A stretch of 64,000 nt of DNA from Abditibacteriota bacterium (GTDB lineage: Bacteria; Armatimonadota; UBA5829). Below the pieces are notes generated by a model. That model searched no databases, had not been told where the DNA came from, and was given only the letters and a program-made list of their open reading frames with translations. A program made the translations under genes and the position numbers. The DNA is taken from the NCBI GenBank assembly GCA_017552965.1, contig JAFZNQ010000076.1, positions 22,035 to 86,034 on the forward strand, written 5' to 3'. Below are positions 1 through 9,121 of the stretch, piece after piece. How positions within the stretch are numbered: position 1 is the first letter of the stretch; each line of letters starts with the position of its first letter.

Positions 1-1
1 G

Positions 2-841
2 CTGTTTCCCCACAGCAAGAACGCCCCGGTGATCATAGACGGGGATATGAGCTTCAATTATTTTCTGGAGCCGGGCTATCTGGACGCAGCCCTCAGCCGT
101 CAGATAGGCTGGTGCCTGTTTGACCGGACCGTCCTGGCCGCCGACGTCAGGGCCAACGGCAGACAGGGAGGCCTCTACGACGTATATCCCGGATACACCT
201 TCGGGGCTCTGGGCGCCTGGGCCTGGGGCTACAGCCGCTGCGTGGACGCTCTGGAAATACTGGCTCTGGAGCATTTTGACCTGAGCATGACGGTATTCAC
301 GGGGCACTCCCGGGGCGGCAAGACTGTGGCTCTGGCAGGCGCCGCGGACACCCGGGCCGCCATAGTGAATCCAAACGAGACCTGCGCCGGAGCCTGCGGC
401 TGCTACAGGATACACATGAGCGGCCGCAGCGGCGACAGGGAAGGCAGGAGCGAGACGCTGGCGGACTTGTGGTCCCACTTTGACTTCTGGCTGGGCCCGG
501 AGATGGGCAAATACAGCGACGACGAGACCCGGCTGCCCTTTGACTGCCATTTTCTGAAGGCTCTCATCGCCCCCCGGGTCCTGTTCGTCTCGGAGGCTGC
601 CGCCGATTTCTGGGCCAACCCCGTGGGCTCCCTGCAGACCACACTGGCCGCAAAAGAAGTATTCAGGATGCTGGGCGCTGAGGACAACCTGCTCTGGTAT
701 TTCAGAGAAGGCGCCCATGCCCACACCCCGGGGGACGTGGAGACCCTGTGCGAGATAATACTCCACAAAAAGGATCCGGCCCATCCCCTGCCCGACACTC
801 TGTTCCGGGCGCCCTTTGACATCCCGGAGCCCATTTGGTAA
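2..841 (+). CDS. alpha/beta-hydrolase, glucuronoyl-esterase-like (CE15-like); 5' end cut by window edge
   Basis: The frame is open from nt 2 (LFPHSKNAP precedes the GTG at 29 used by the ORF track), so the N-terminus lies outside the window. It contains GHSRGGK, a nucleophile-elbow resembling the GCSRxGK of CE15 esterases, and a His-rich segment near the C-terminus (EGAHAHTPGD). The family call is from motif memory only. Confidence 0.6.
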   Translation: MFPHSKNAPVIIDGDMSFNYFLEPGYLDAALSRQIGWCLFDRTVLAADVRANGRQGGLYDVYPGYTFGALGAWAWGYSRCVDALEILALEHFDLSMTVFTGHSRGGKTVALAGAADTRAAIVNPNETCAGACGCYRIHMSGRSGDREGRSETLADLWSHFDFWLGPEMGKYSDDETRLPFDCHFLKALIAPRVLFVSEAAADFWANPVGSLQTTLAAKEVFRMLGAEDNLLWYFREGAHAHTPGDVETLCEIILHKKDPAHPLPDTLFRAPFDIPEPIW

Positions 842-857
842 ACACGAGGAGAAAGAT

Positions 858-1499
858 ATGACCATCACCGAACAACTGACTCAGACAGGCATCATACCTG
901 TGATCAAATTGGCAGACCCCGAGGACGCTGTTCCTCTGGGAGAAGCCCTGCTGGCAGGCGGGGTCAACACCGCCGAGATCACCTTCAGGGCCGCCGGAGC
1001 CGACAAGGCCATACGGCTCATGTCCGAGCGCTGGCCCGAGATACTGGTGGGAGCCGGCACTGTGCTCAAGACCGATCAGGTGAGCATGGCCGCCGATGCG
1101 GGAGCCCGCTTCATAGTGTCGCCGGGCTTCAACCCCAAGACGGCCCACGCCGCCATTATCCGGGATCTGCCTGTATATCCCGGCGTATGCACCCCCACGG
1201 AGATAGAGGCGGCCATGGAATACGGCCTTGACACCCTGAAGTTTTTCCCCGCCGGAGCCTTCGGCGGAGTCAAGACCCTCAAGGCCCTGTCCGGCCCCTA
1301 CTCCATGGTAAAGTTCATCCCCACGGGAGGCGTGTCCCCGGACAATCTGGCAGAATACATTTCCTGCCCCGCCACAGCCTGTGTGGGAGGCACCTACATC
1401 GCCACGGCGGAGCTGATCAAGAACAAGGACTGGCAGCGGATCACCGAGCTCTGCAGGATCAGCGTAGAGATCATCGGAAAGTGCAGGCAAGCAAAATGA
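858..1499 (+). CDS. eda: 2-dehydro-3-deoxyphosphogluconate (KDPG)/KHG aldolase
   Basis: Typical Eda pattern: GIIPVIK, AGGVNTAEITFR, VGAGTV, TLKFFPA (Schiff-base Lys context), IPTGGV. The ATG at 858 is preceded by GAGGAG. The stop overlaps the next start (ATGA at 1496-1499). Confidence 0.9.
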   Translation: MTITEQLTQTGIIPVIKLADPEDAVPLGEALLAGGVNTAEITFRAAGADKAIRLMSERWPEILVGAGTVLKTDQVSMAADAGARFIVSPGFNPKTAHAAIIRDLPVYPGVCTPTEIEAAMEYGLDTLKFFPAGAFGGVKTLKALSGPYSMVKFIPTGGVSPDNLAEYISCPATACVGGTYIATAELIKNKDWQRITELCRISVEIIGKCRQAK

Positions 1500-4400
1500 C
1501 GCCGAGAATACTGCTGACCATATGCGTCCTGCTCGTCTGCCTTCCCGTTTATGCAGGCACGGCCTATATACTGAACTCCGACCGCAGCAGCCTCATCACC
1601 CAAAAGGCGGAGGCTGCCTTTGCCGGGATGGGCTTTGCGGTCAAAGCGGCGGACCAGGGTGACATCGGGAGCCTCAGCGCCACGGCAGGCGACGTGCTCG
1701 TGGTGGTGGACGCCGCCAGGTTCCCCGCCTCCGCAGGCCATGACTTCAACCAATTCATCAAACAGGGCGGATACTATCTGGGCATCGGCGGACTGCCCTT
1801 TTCCGAACCCCTGACCGAGATAGACGGCCGTCTGTATTCGGCAGAGGAGACCGGCAAGGCTCTCTATGAGCGGGCCACCGACACCTTCATAGCCTTTACT
1901 CCCGAGACCTGCTCCGGGCTGGAGCTGAACGACTCAAAGGAAGAGAAGACCCTGACCGCCCTGTCCGAAGGCAGCGGCGGGGACCGGGCCGTGTGTGTCG
2001 CCAGTCCCGCAGTCCACAGCTGGGAAAGCGTCTTTCTCTGGGACCTGCCCGAAGGCAGGGTCTCCGATGACAGCGTGCTCCTTTTCGGCGCCCGGGGCGA
2101 CAAAAACACCCGGGAGCTGTGGATAGGCTTCATGGAAACGGACGGCACCCGCTGGCTGAAAAAGCTGGCCCTCACAGAGGACTTCAAATATTACGCCGTG
2201 GACCCCTCGGACTTTGTGTTCTGGAACGATCCCCCCTCCCTGACCAGAGGAGGCGCCGGGGACCACATCAGATTTTCCCGCATAAAGAGGATGGAGATAG
2301 CCTATATGACCTCGGACCCCGTCACAGGCAAGCCCCAGAAGGCCTGGGTGACGGACATCCGGACAGGCTCCCTGCCCGAGACCTCCGGCGAAAAGCCGGG
2401 TGTGATGGAATCCCTCTATCCGGCCAGCATGGTGTGGGAGAACCGGCGGACGGACGCCGTCAGGACCTTTGACGGCCTCGAGATACCCTGCTCCGGCCCG
2501 GTGACCGCGCCTCTCTGGAGGAACCGGGGCTACGGACTCGGTTACGCAGGCAAATACAGACAGATACCCCTCGCCTATTGCCTCAAAAACGGCAGCGTCA
2601 CGGGGATAGCCGCGGAAATACTGGTGAACTATTCCTCCGCCGACGCCCCCGGGTCCATATGGGGCTACATAGGCCATGATCCCGGTTTTCTGGAGAAGAG
2701 CCCCGACTATCTGGCCGCCCTGCTGGACAAGATGGCGGCAGTGTTTGCGGGAGAGCCCCGTCTGGTGAAGGCCGGCGCCGAGGTCTTTTCGTATCTCCCC
2801 GGAGATACGGTCAGAGCAGGCTGCGCCGTCATCGCCGGCGCCGGGGCTGCGGCCCGGGTCCGGCTCACCGTGTCCGACCGCAAAGGGCAGCTGCTGAAAA
2901 ACGTCTCCGGCGACCTGACCCTCAGGCCCGGAGAAGAACAGACCTTTGACTGCAGCCTGAAGGATCTGCCGCCGGGTCTCTACGAGACCACCTCGGCTCT
3001 CTATTCCTCCGACGGCAGGCTGCTGGACACTCTGACCCAAAAGTTCTCGGTATTTGATCCGGAGGCCCGCACCCCGGACACCATAGTCACCGTCAGCGAA
3101 GGCAACTTCCTGTGCGGCGGCGAGCTGTGGGTCCCCTGGGGCATCAACTACTGGCCTCTGTACGCCTCGGGACGGCAGCCCGCCGACTACGGACGCATCA
3201 CCTGGCTGTTCCCCGAGCAGTATGACCCCGCCCTTATCGAAAGGGACATGGAGATACTCCGGTATCTGGGGACCAACTGCATCAGCATCCAGTTTACCAA
3301 AGAGCAGGAGGCCAACCCCCTCAGGGACCTGCTGGAAAGACTGAGGCAATACGGCATCAAGGTGCATCTGTACGTGGACGGGTGCCACCCTCTTCACCTG
3401 AACCCGGACAAGGCGGAAGCCCTGCTCAGAGAAGCCCGGGTGGCCCAGAGCCCCTCCATGTTTTCCTACGATCTGGGCTGGGAGGTGAACTGCGGCAACC
3501 ACGGCTCCCGCAAGAGCTTTGACGAAGCCTGGAACCAGTGGATACTGGACAGCTACGGCTCCTATGAGGAAGCCTTTGCCCAGTGGGACTATACGCCGCG
3601 GCAGGAGGACGGCTTCTACGCCAACCCCGACGACAAAATGATCATGGAGCCGGAGGGCAGCCCCGCCGTATATATAGCGGCCTACAGGAGCTTCCTGGAC
3701 GACCATATCAGCAAGGGCTTTCAGCAGATAGTCTCCCGCCTGAGGACTTTTGACCCCTACACCCTCATGGGGGCCAGAAGCGGCTACGGCGGCACCGGCG
3801 CCTCCTGGATAGCCCACATGTTTCCCTTTGACCTGAGGTCCGGCGTCCGGCACCTGGACTACACGGCCCCCGAGGCCTACAACATAGGCGGAGACAGAGA
3901 GGGCTTTCTCAGGGGTCAGATAAACAACATCTACGGCCGGTTCGTATCCGGCGGCAAGCCTGTGGTGTGGCCCGAATACGGCTCGCCTCTCTTTGTGGCC
4001 CTGAAGCAGGAGGAATACCTGCCCCACTGCGGCGACGCCAATCTGGACAAGGAAGGGGACTACTACAGAGGCATGGGTGAATTCCTGGCGGAGACCCGGG
4101 CCAACGGAGGCCTGGGCTGGTGGTATCCCGGCGGCTACCGCACCGGCGAAGCCTCGGACTTCGGCATCATCAGCCCCGACTACACCATCAGGCCGGCGGC
4201 AATAGCCATCAGGGACACGGCGGAGAAAGTCAAACAGGGCTATAGCCTGTCAAAGCCCTTCCCCGACGAGACCATTGTGATAGACAGGGACGACTACGTG
4301 ACCGGCTACGCGGGCGTATTTGACGAATACGCCGAGAAGATAGCCCGGCTCACCCTGGAGGGCAAGAGAGTGGACCTGGCCACGCCGGGCAGCGTCAGCG

Positions 4401-4813
4401 ACAGCGCCGACTTTCCCCTGGTGTGTCCCGGCAACGTGCCCTACAACGGCAAGGGGCCTCTGAAATACCTGAAGTCGGAGTTTGACCTGATAGACGTAAA
4501 CGGCACCGCGCTCATCCGGAGCGGCTCAGTGACTGTGGATAAGGACCGGCCCGTGGTCCTGAAGGTGCGGGCAGCCAACACGGGAGAGGCTATGTGGAGG
4601 GCCTCCGGAGGCAAGGGCCAGGTGGGCCTGACGGTCTCCTATGACGGGACGGAAGAATTCTTCCCCATCATCAGCAACACGGCTTATCTGGGGACCGCCG
4701 ACGTCCACACCTTTACCCTGAAGGGCAGCCCGAAGCAGGTCACCCTGCGGATGGCGGCTCTGGAAACAGGCGCCTTCGGCGAGAAGGCCGTGATAGATCT
4801 GGAATACCGATAG
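1496..4813 (+). CDS. secreted multidomain protein (1105 aa) with putative (beta/alpha)8 glycoside-hydrolase core
   Basis: Signal peptide MTPRILLTICVLLVCLPVYAG. The central segment (VPWGINYWP...ILRYLGTNCISIQF...GIKVHLYVDG...YDLGWEVN) looks like a TIM-barrel GH core. The N-terminal part resembles the class-I amidotransferase-like module seen in GH42 proteins. The GH family cannot be assigned by eye. Confidence 0.6.
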   Translation: MTPRILLTICVLLVCLPVYAGTAYILNSDRSSLITQKAEAAFAGMGFAVKAADQGDIGSLSATAGDVLVVVDAARFPASAGHDFNQFIKQGGYYLGIGGLPFSEPLTEIDGRLYSAEETGKALYERATDTFIAFTPETCSGLELNDSKEEKTLTALSEGSGGDRAVCVASPAVHSWESVFLWDLPEGRVSDDSVLLFGARGDKNTRELWIGFMETDGTRWLKKLALTEDFKYYAVDPSDFVFWNDPPSLTRGGAGDHIRFSRIKRMEIAYMTSDPVTGKPQKAWVTDIRTGSLPETSGEKPGVMESLYPASMVWENRRTDAVRTFDGLEIPCSGPVTAPLWRNRGYGLGYAGKYRQIPLAYCLKNGSVTGIAAEILVNYSSADAPGSIWGYIGHDPGFLEKSPDYLAALLDKMAAVFAGEPRLVKAGAEVFSYLPGDTVRAGCAVIAGAGAAARVRLTVSDRKGQLLKNVSGDLTLRPGEEQTFDCSLKDLPPGLYETTSALYSSDGRLLDTLTQKFSVFDPEARTPDTIVTVSEGNFLCGGELWVPWGINYWPLYASGRQPADYGRITWLFPEQYDPALIERDMEILRYLGTNCISIQFTKEQEANPLRDLLERLRQYGIKVHLYVDGCHPLHLNPDKAEALLREARVAQSPSMFSYDLGWEVNCGNHGSRKSFDEAWNQWILDSYGSYEEAFAQWDYTPRQEDGFYANPDDKMIMEPEGSPAVYIAAYRSFLDDHISKGFQQIVSRLRTFDPYTLMGARSGYGGTGASWIAHMFPFDLRSGVRHLDYTAPEAYNIGGDREGFLRGQINNIYGRFVSGGKPVVWPEYGSPLFVALKQEEYLPHCGDANLDKEGDYYRGMGEFLAETRANGGLGWWYPGGYRTGEASDFGIISPDYTIRPAAIAIRDTAEKVKQGYSLSKPFPDETIVIDRDDYVTGYAGVFDEYAEKIARLTLEGKRVDLATPGSVSDSADFPLVCPGNVPYNGKGPLKYLKSEFDLIDVNGTALIRSGSVTVDKDRPVVLKVRAANTGEAMWRASGGKGQVGLTVSYDGTEEFFPIISNTAYLGTADVHTFTLKGSPKQVTLRMAALETGAFGEKAVIDLEYR

Positions 4814-4824
4814 AGGAGCTCATA

Positions 4825-5466
4825 TTGATCAAAGGCATCATTTTTGACATGGACGGAGTCCTGTGCGACTCCGAGCCCTTCATCTGCAAGGCCGCGATCC
4901 TCATGTTTGCGGAAAAGGGCCTGACCGTGAAGGAAGAGGACTTTATCCCCTTTGTGGGGGCCGGCGAAAACCGCTATATAGGCGGAGTGGCCGAAAAATA
5001 CGGCCTGAAGGTGGATATAGAAGAGGTCAAGGCCCGCACCTACGCCATTTACTGCGACATCATCAAGGGCAGCCTGAAGCCCATGAACGGCGTGTATGAC
5101 TTTGTCACGGACTGCCGCAAAAAGGGTCTGAAGCTGGCCGTGGCCAGCAGCGCCGACCTGGTGAAGGTCAGAGCCAATCTGGCGGAGATAGGCCTCCCCT
5201 TCGAAAGCTTTGACACAGTGATCAACGGGCTGGACATAGAGCGCAAGAAGCCGGCGCCGGACATTTTCCTGCTGGCGGCCCGGCGCCTGGGCCTCCGGCC
5301 CGAAGACTGTCTGGTGGTGGAGGACGCCGTCAACGGCGTCGAGGCCGCCAAGAACGCGGGCATGACCGCTCTGGGCATCCTGAGCTCCTTTACCAAAGAA
5401 GAGCTATGCCTGGCCGACTATCATGCCCGGGACCTGAGCTGCGTGCCTCCCGAGGCTCTGGAATAA
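4825..5466 (+). CDS. HAD-superfamily hydrolase, beta-phosphoglucomutase-like (subfamily IA)
   Basis: Motif I FDMDGVL, then LAVASSA, and the C-terminal VVEDAVNGVEAAKNAGM motif. TTG start at 4825, 6 nt after GAGGAG. Confidence 0.85.
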   Translation: MIKGIIFDMDGVLCDSEPFICKAAILMFAEKGLTVKEEDFIPFVGAGENRYIGGVAEKYGLKVDIEEVKARTYAIYCDIIKGSLKPMNGVYDFVTDCRKKGLKLAVASSADLVKVRANLAEIGLPFESFDTVINGLDIERKKPAPDIFLLAARRLGLRPEDCLVVEDAVNGVEAAKNAGMTALGILSSFTKEELCLADYHARDLSCVPPEALE

Positions 5467-5479
5467 CAGAGAAATCGAT

Positions 5480-8059
5480 ATGGAAAAATACATGTATGCT
5501 ATCATCATTTCGGCCCTTATGCTGGCCCTGTGCGCGGGGGGCGCCTTTGCCGTGTCCATCGCAAAGACCGTCTATCCCACAGACGGCGTACCCATAGTCA
5601 ACGTGCTGGCGGACGAGAGTCTGGGAGTGGTCCCGGACGGCAAGACCGACTGCTCGGAAGGCCTGCAGCGGGCCATAGACCTCTGCGACTCCACCGGCGG
5701 CGGCACCGTGTTTTTGCCCGTGGGCGAATACCTGCTGAAGGGCAGCGTGCACATCCCTCAGGGAGTCACCCTGAGAGGCGACTGGCAGGACCCCCTTTCC
5801 GCGGACAAGCCGGACTTCGGCACAGTGATCATCGCAAAGCCGGAGCCCCTGTCCCCCGAGGAAAAGGACGACACCAGGGCGCGGCCGCTCTTTACCCTGT
5901 CTGGCAACAGCGGCATCATAGGCCTCACGGTCTGGTATCCCCTGCAGTCGGCGGAAAAGCCCGTGCCCTACGGCTTCACCATGCTGATGGACAACGTGTC
6001 CTGCAGCACCCTGAGACGGATCACCCTGATCAACTCTTACAGAGGCGTCTCGGCCGAGGGCAAGCATGAGCTGTGCCAGCTGGAAAAGCTGTGCATCTGC
6101 GCTCTGGACAGGGCGATACTCATGGATTCCTCCACAGACGTGGGCTACTCCTCCGACATACGCATCAGCCCCGATTTCTGGCTGAAGGCAGCCAAATACG
6201 GGTGTTCCTCCCCCGAAGCCCTGAAGAGCTGGTGCCTCGGCAACGCCGAGGGTCTGGTAATGGGCTGGCTGGACGACGAGACCCTGTCGGAAATATATAT
6301 AGACGGCTGCAAGACAGGCATCCATTTCCTGCCCAAGCAATTCTGGGGGCTCCTCTACGAGGTCCACATCAGGAACTGCGGCACGGGCATCCTGTGCGAG
6401 AATCTCAACGACTGGGCCGGCGCAGTGGTGAGCCGGGGAGAGATAGAGGGCCTCAGTGATGCCGTCATCTGCAATTCCCGGGTGGGCATGCTGAAGCTCT
6501 GCGGCATGAAAATAAAGGGCCGGGTCTCCGGCAGGAGATACATCGTCAACGACGCGGACCTGTCCTTTGCCCCTCCCCTGACCCACGGCGATTACAAAAA
6601 GCCTGCGTCCCGGCTCACAGTGGTGGAGACGGCGGGCTATTCCAAAAAGCCCATAGACATCTCCGGCAAATTGCAGCGCGCTCTGGACAGGGCTGCCTCC
6701 ACCGGAGGCGTGGTGTATCTGCCCGCGGGCATATACAGCCTCTACAAGCCCATCCGGGTCCCCCGGGGAGTCCAGCTGTCCGGCAACGCGCCCATCTTCA
6801 TCAAGGACACCACCAGCTTTTGCGGCGGCACGGTGATATTGTCCTACGTCAACACAGGGACTGCCATCACTCTGGAGGAGGATGCGGGCATAAACGGCCT
6901 GCGGGTCCTCTATCCCGCCTTTGACGCAGCCAGTGCCGAAAGGCTCATCGCAGCCGACGCTCCCGAGACCGGGTCCGTGTGCATCAGGGGCGAAGGCCCC
7001 GGAGTCTACGTGACGAATTCGGTGATCACGGCAGCCTTTACGGGCATAGATTTTACCGGCTGCGACCGGCACTGTATCAGGCAGGTCTTCGGAGTCAGCT
7101 ACTTGTCACACATCAAAGCGGGAGGCAGGGACGGCCACATAGAAGGGGTGCTGGCCAACATACACTTTACCCAGCGCCACTGTCTGAACCCCTGGTTCGA
7201 CCCGGAATATGCGGACAGGGACCTGAGCTGGATGGGTCTGGGCGCTGTCATCAGAGACCTGGTGGTCCGGCGCTATTGCACCACCTTCAGGCTCGAGGGG
7301 GCGGAAAACGAGAGCCTGCTGAACCTGTTTATGTATGCTCCCAATCATCTGCTGGAAGCCCGGGGCTCCACCGGCACCCTGATCAACGTGTCCTCGGACT
7401 TCATGTACGGCTATCAGCTGCTGGCCGGCGAAAAGAGCGACCTGCTGGTGATCAATTCCCTGAGGAGCTGCGGAGGGTCCATCATATGCAGCGAGGATTC
7501 GAAGGCCAGAATACTGAACCGTATAGCCATCAGCTACCAGACCGAGACCGATTATGATTCTGCCGCCGGCAGGACCGACGAATACCGCTACACGCAAAAA
7601 GCAGCCGTTTGGGACTGCGACACGGCGGAAGGGCTGGAGGAAGCGGTCCTGACCGACGACCCGGCCATGACAGCCTCGGGGAAGGCCTGGTACAGGGAAG
7701 GCACGGGCAAAAGCCCGGAAAACATAGTGGTGGCCCGCATACCGGACACGGACATCTCGTCCTGTTATCCCGGGGGCAGGCTGCATATGACCATCTGGGT
7801 CAACGATTATCACAATCTCATATGGGGAAGCCAGATACAGATAGGCTCCGGAAAGAAGCAGGACGAGAATATGCTGTCCTGGTCCCTGCCGGTGTTTTTG
7901 CTGCACAAGGGCAAGAACGAAATATACCTGCCCTTTGAAAGCGCCAACCCCACAGGCGATTTTGATCCGGCCGCGCTCAACTTCATCAGGATATTCGCAT
8001 TCTACGGAGCGAATTTCGACAACCGGTTCGCCATAGACGATATATTCGCCTGCAAATAA
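5480..8059 (+). CDS. secreted two-beta-helix protein, pectate-lyase-3 / GH55-like
   Basis: Signal peptide. Two tandem copies of the beta-helix cap motif: DGKTDCSEGLQRAIDLCDSTGGGTVFLPVGEYLL and ISGKLQRALDRAASTGGVVYLPAGIYSL. This matches the two-helix layout I recall for GH55 exo-beta-1,3-glucanases. Confidence 0.6.
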   Translation: MEKYMYAIIISALMLALCAGGAFAVSIAKTVYPTDGVPIVNVLADESLGVVPDGKTDCSEGLQRAIDLCDSTGGGTVFLPVGEYLLKGSVHIPQGVTLRGDWQDPLSADKPDFGTVIIAKPEPLSPEEKDDTRARPLFTLSGNSGIIGLTVWYPLQSAEKPVPYGFTMLMDNVSCSTLRRITLINSYRGVSAEGKHELCQLEKLCICALDRAILMDSSTDVGYSSDIRISPDFWLKAAKYGCSSPEALKSWCLGNAEGLVMGWLDDETLSEIYIDGCKTGIHFLPKQFWGLLYEVHIRNCGTGILCENLNDWAGAVVSRGEIEGLSDAVICNSRVGMLKLCGMKIKGRVSGRRYIVNDADLSFAPPLTHGDYKKPASRLTVVETAGYSKKPIDISGKLQRALDRAASTGGVVYLPAGIYSLYKPIRVPRGVQLSGNAPIFIKDTTSFCGGTVILSYVNTGTAITLEEDAGINGLRVLYPAFDAASAERLIAADAPETGSVCIRGEGPGVYVTNSVITAAFTGIDFTGCDRHCIRQVFGVSYLSHIKAGGRDGHIEGVLANIHFTQRHCLNPWFDPEYADRDLSWMGLGAVIRDLVVRRYCTTFRLEGAENESLLNLFMYAPNHLLEARGSTGTLINVSSDFMYGYQLLAGEKSDLLVINSLRSCGGSIICSEDSKARILNRIAISYQTETDYDSAAGRTDEYRYTQKAAVWDCDTAEGLEEAVLTDDPAMTASGKAWYREGTGKSPENIVVARIPDTDISSCYPGGRLHMTIWVNDYHNLIWGSQIQIGSGKKQDENMLSWSLPVFLLHKGKNEIYLPFESANPTGDFDPAALNFIRIFAFYGANFDNRFAIDDIFACK

Positions 8060-8065
8060 AGACCT

Positions 8066-8098
8066 GCGTCCCGTTTTGCTCCATGCAAAACGGGACGC
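8066..8098. terminator. bidirectional hairpin terminator between convergent genes
   Basis: Perfect 14-bp stem GCGTCCCGTTTTGC / GCAAAACGGGACGC (8066-8079 / 8085-8098) with loop TCCAT. It lies directly after the stop at 8059 and before the stop at 8105. Confidence 0.7.
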
Positions 8099-8104
8099 TC
8101 CGTA

Positions 8105-9058
8105 TCAGGCCGCCGGCTTGTCGCCGGCCAGCAGGGCCAGGCATTCGTCTCTCACCGGCGGGTCGGTGATCAGGCGGGCGTGCTCCTCTGCCGCGGCCCT
8201 GTCCTCTTTCAGCAGGGTCAGCATAAAACAGGAGGCGTGAAAACAGTCTCTGTAGGACATACGGCCCGCGGAGAGAAATATGATCCTGCGGAAGCGCTCC
8301 AGAAAAGGACACCGTTCCAGAGTCTCCAGAGCCCTGAGACACCCGGCCAGCCTCACCCCGTCGTCCGGGGAATCAATGCCCCGAAAGCAGAGCTTCGGCA
8401 GGCCGAAGCGCCAGAAGAAATACACCCCCACTATCAATGCGGCCGACAGAGACACCAGCCAGGGAGTGGGCATGCTGACCAGACTGAAGAGGAGCAGCGC
8501 CAGACACACCAGTATGTGCACCGACTCTATCCAGGGCACGGTGGCCGACACCAGCTCCTTCAGATCGGCGAAGGAGTTGGCGTAGAGCCGGGGCGCAGGC
8601 AGAGAATATTTTTCCCTCATGAACTCGCTGACCACCCCCAGAGGCTCCAGGGCGCACAGCTCCCGGGCCGCCTTGCGGGCTTCTCCCGGCCTTTCGCACA
8701 GCTGCAGGAGATCGGCTATGTTGCTGTAGCATATGGACAGCAGGCTGATCCTCAGGGAGCTGGCCATGAGCAGATACTTGTATCTGTCCAGCCAGGGCTT
8801 CCGCTGCAGGAGCTCTGCAGTCTCCCGGTAGCAGGCCAGGCTCTCTTCGTATTTTTCGGCCGCTCTCAGGCGGCGCCCCCTGACAAACCCCGGGAGCACT
8901 ATATGGTACGAAAACAGCTTCCACAGCACGGCGGCGCAGGGCAGGATATAAAAAGCCTTGCTGACCGATGCCAGCCCCAGAGCCGCCAGAAACACCGCGT
9001 ACAAAAAGGCAAAATACAGCGCTTCGAGCCAATAATTGATATATTTGATGGGTTTCAA
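8105..9058 (-). CDS. hypothetical membrane protein with internal two-fold repeat (2 TM + helical segment, twice)
   Basis: Four hydrophobic helices. The two halves share recognisable similarity (LLQRKPWLDRYKYLLMASS vs TLERCPFLERFRRIIFLSA; WLEALYFAF.. vs WIESVHILV..). I recognise no family. Confidence 0.6.
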   Translation of the reverse strand: MKPIKYINYWLEALYFAFLYAVFLAALGLASVSKAFYILPCAAVLWKLFSYHIVLPGFVRGRRLRAAEKYEESLACYRETAELLQRKPWLDRYKYLLMASSLRISLLSICYSNIADLLQLCERPGEARKAARELCALEPLGVVSEFMREKYSLPAPRLYANSFADLKELVSATVPWIESVHILVCLALLLFSLVSMPTPWLVSLSAALIVGVYFFWRFGLPKLCFRGIDSPDDGVRLAGCLRALETLERCPFLERFRRIIFLSAGRMSYRDCFHASCFMLTLLKEDRAAAEEHARLITDPPVRDECLALLAGDKPAA

Positions 9059-9073
9059 GTGGCGCTTCTCCGT

Positions 9074-9105
9074 AAAAAAACCGGAAAGAGATCATCTCCT
9101 TCCGG
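9074..9105 (-). terminator. rho-independent terminator of tpiA
   Basis: Stem CCGGAAAGAGA / TCTCCTTCCGG (10 of 11 pairs, 3-nt loop) at 9081-9105. On the minus strand it is followed by a U7 run (A7 at 9074-9080). Confidence 0.7.
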
Positions 9106-9121
9106 ATACTGTATGCAAACT

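Noticed and set aside
1934-4027. Other very long antisense ORFs: 1934-4027, 5390-7072, 8180-9946, 10930-12090, 13048-14061, 19181-21433, 23983-25623, 35573-37816, 41300-43288, 43710-45572, 45509-47536, 54161-56047, 56417-58432, 59764-61374
   Set aside because: The reasoning is the same as above. Each is the mirror of a gene with clear homology motifs on the other strand. Their products are repetitive and Gly/Ala/Arg/His-rich, and they lack RBS or start context.
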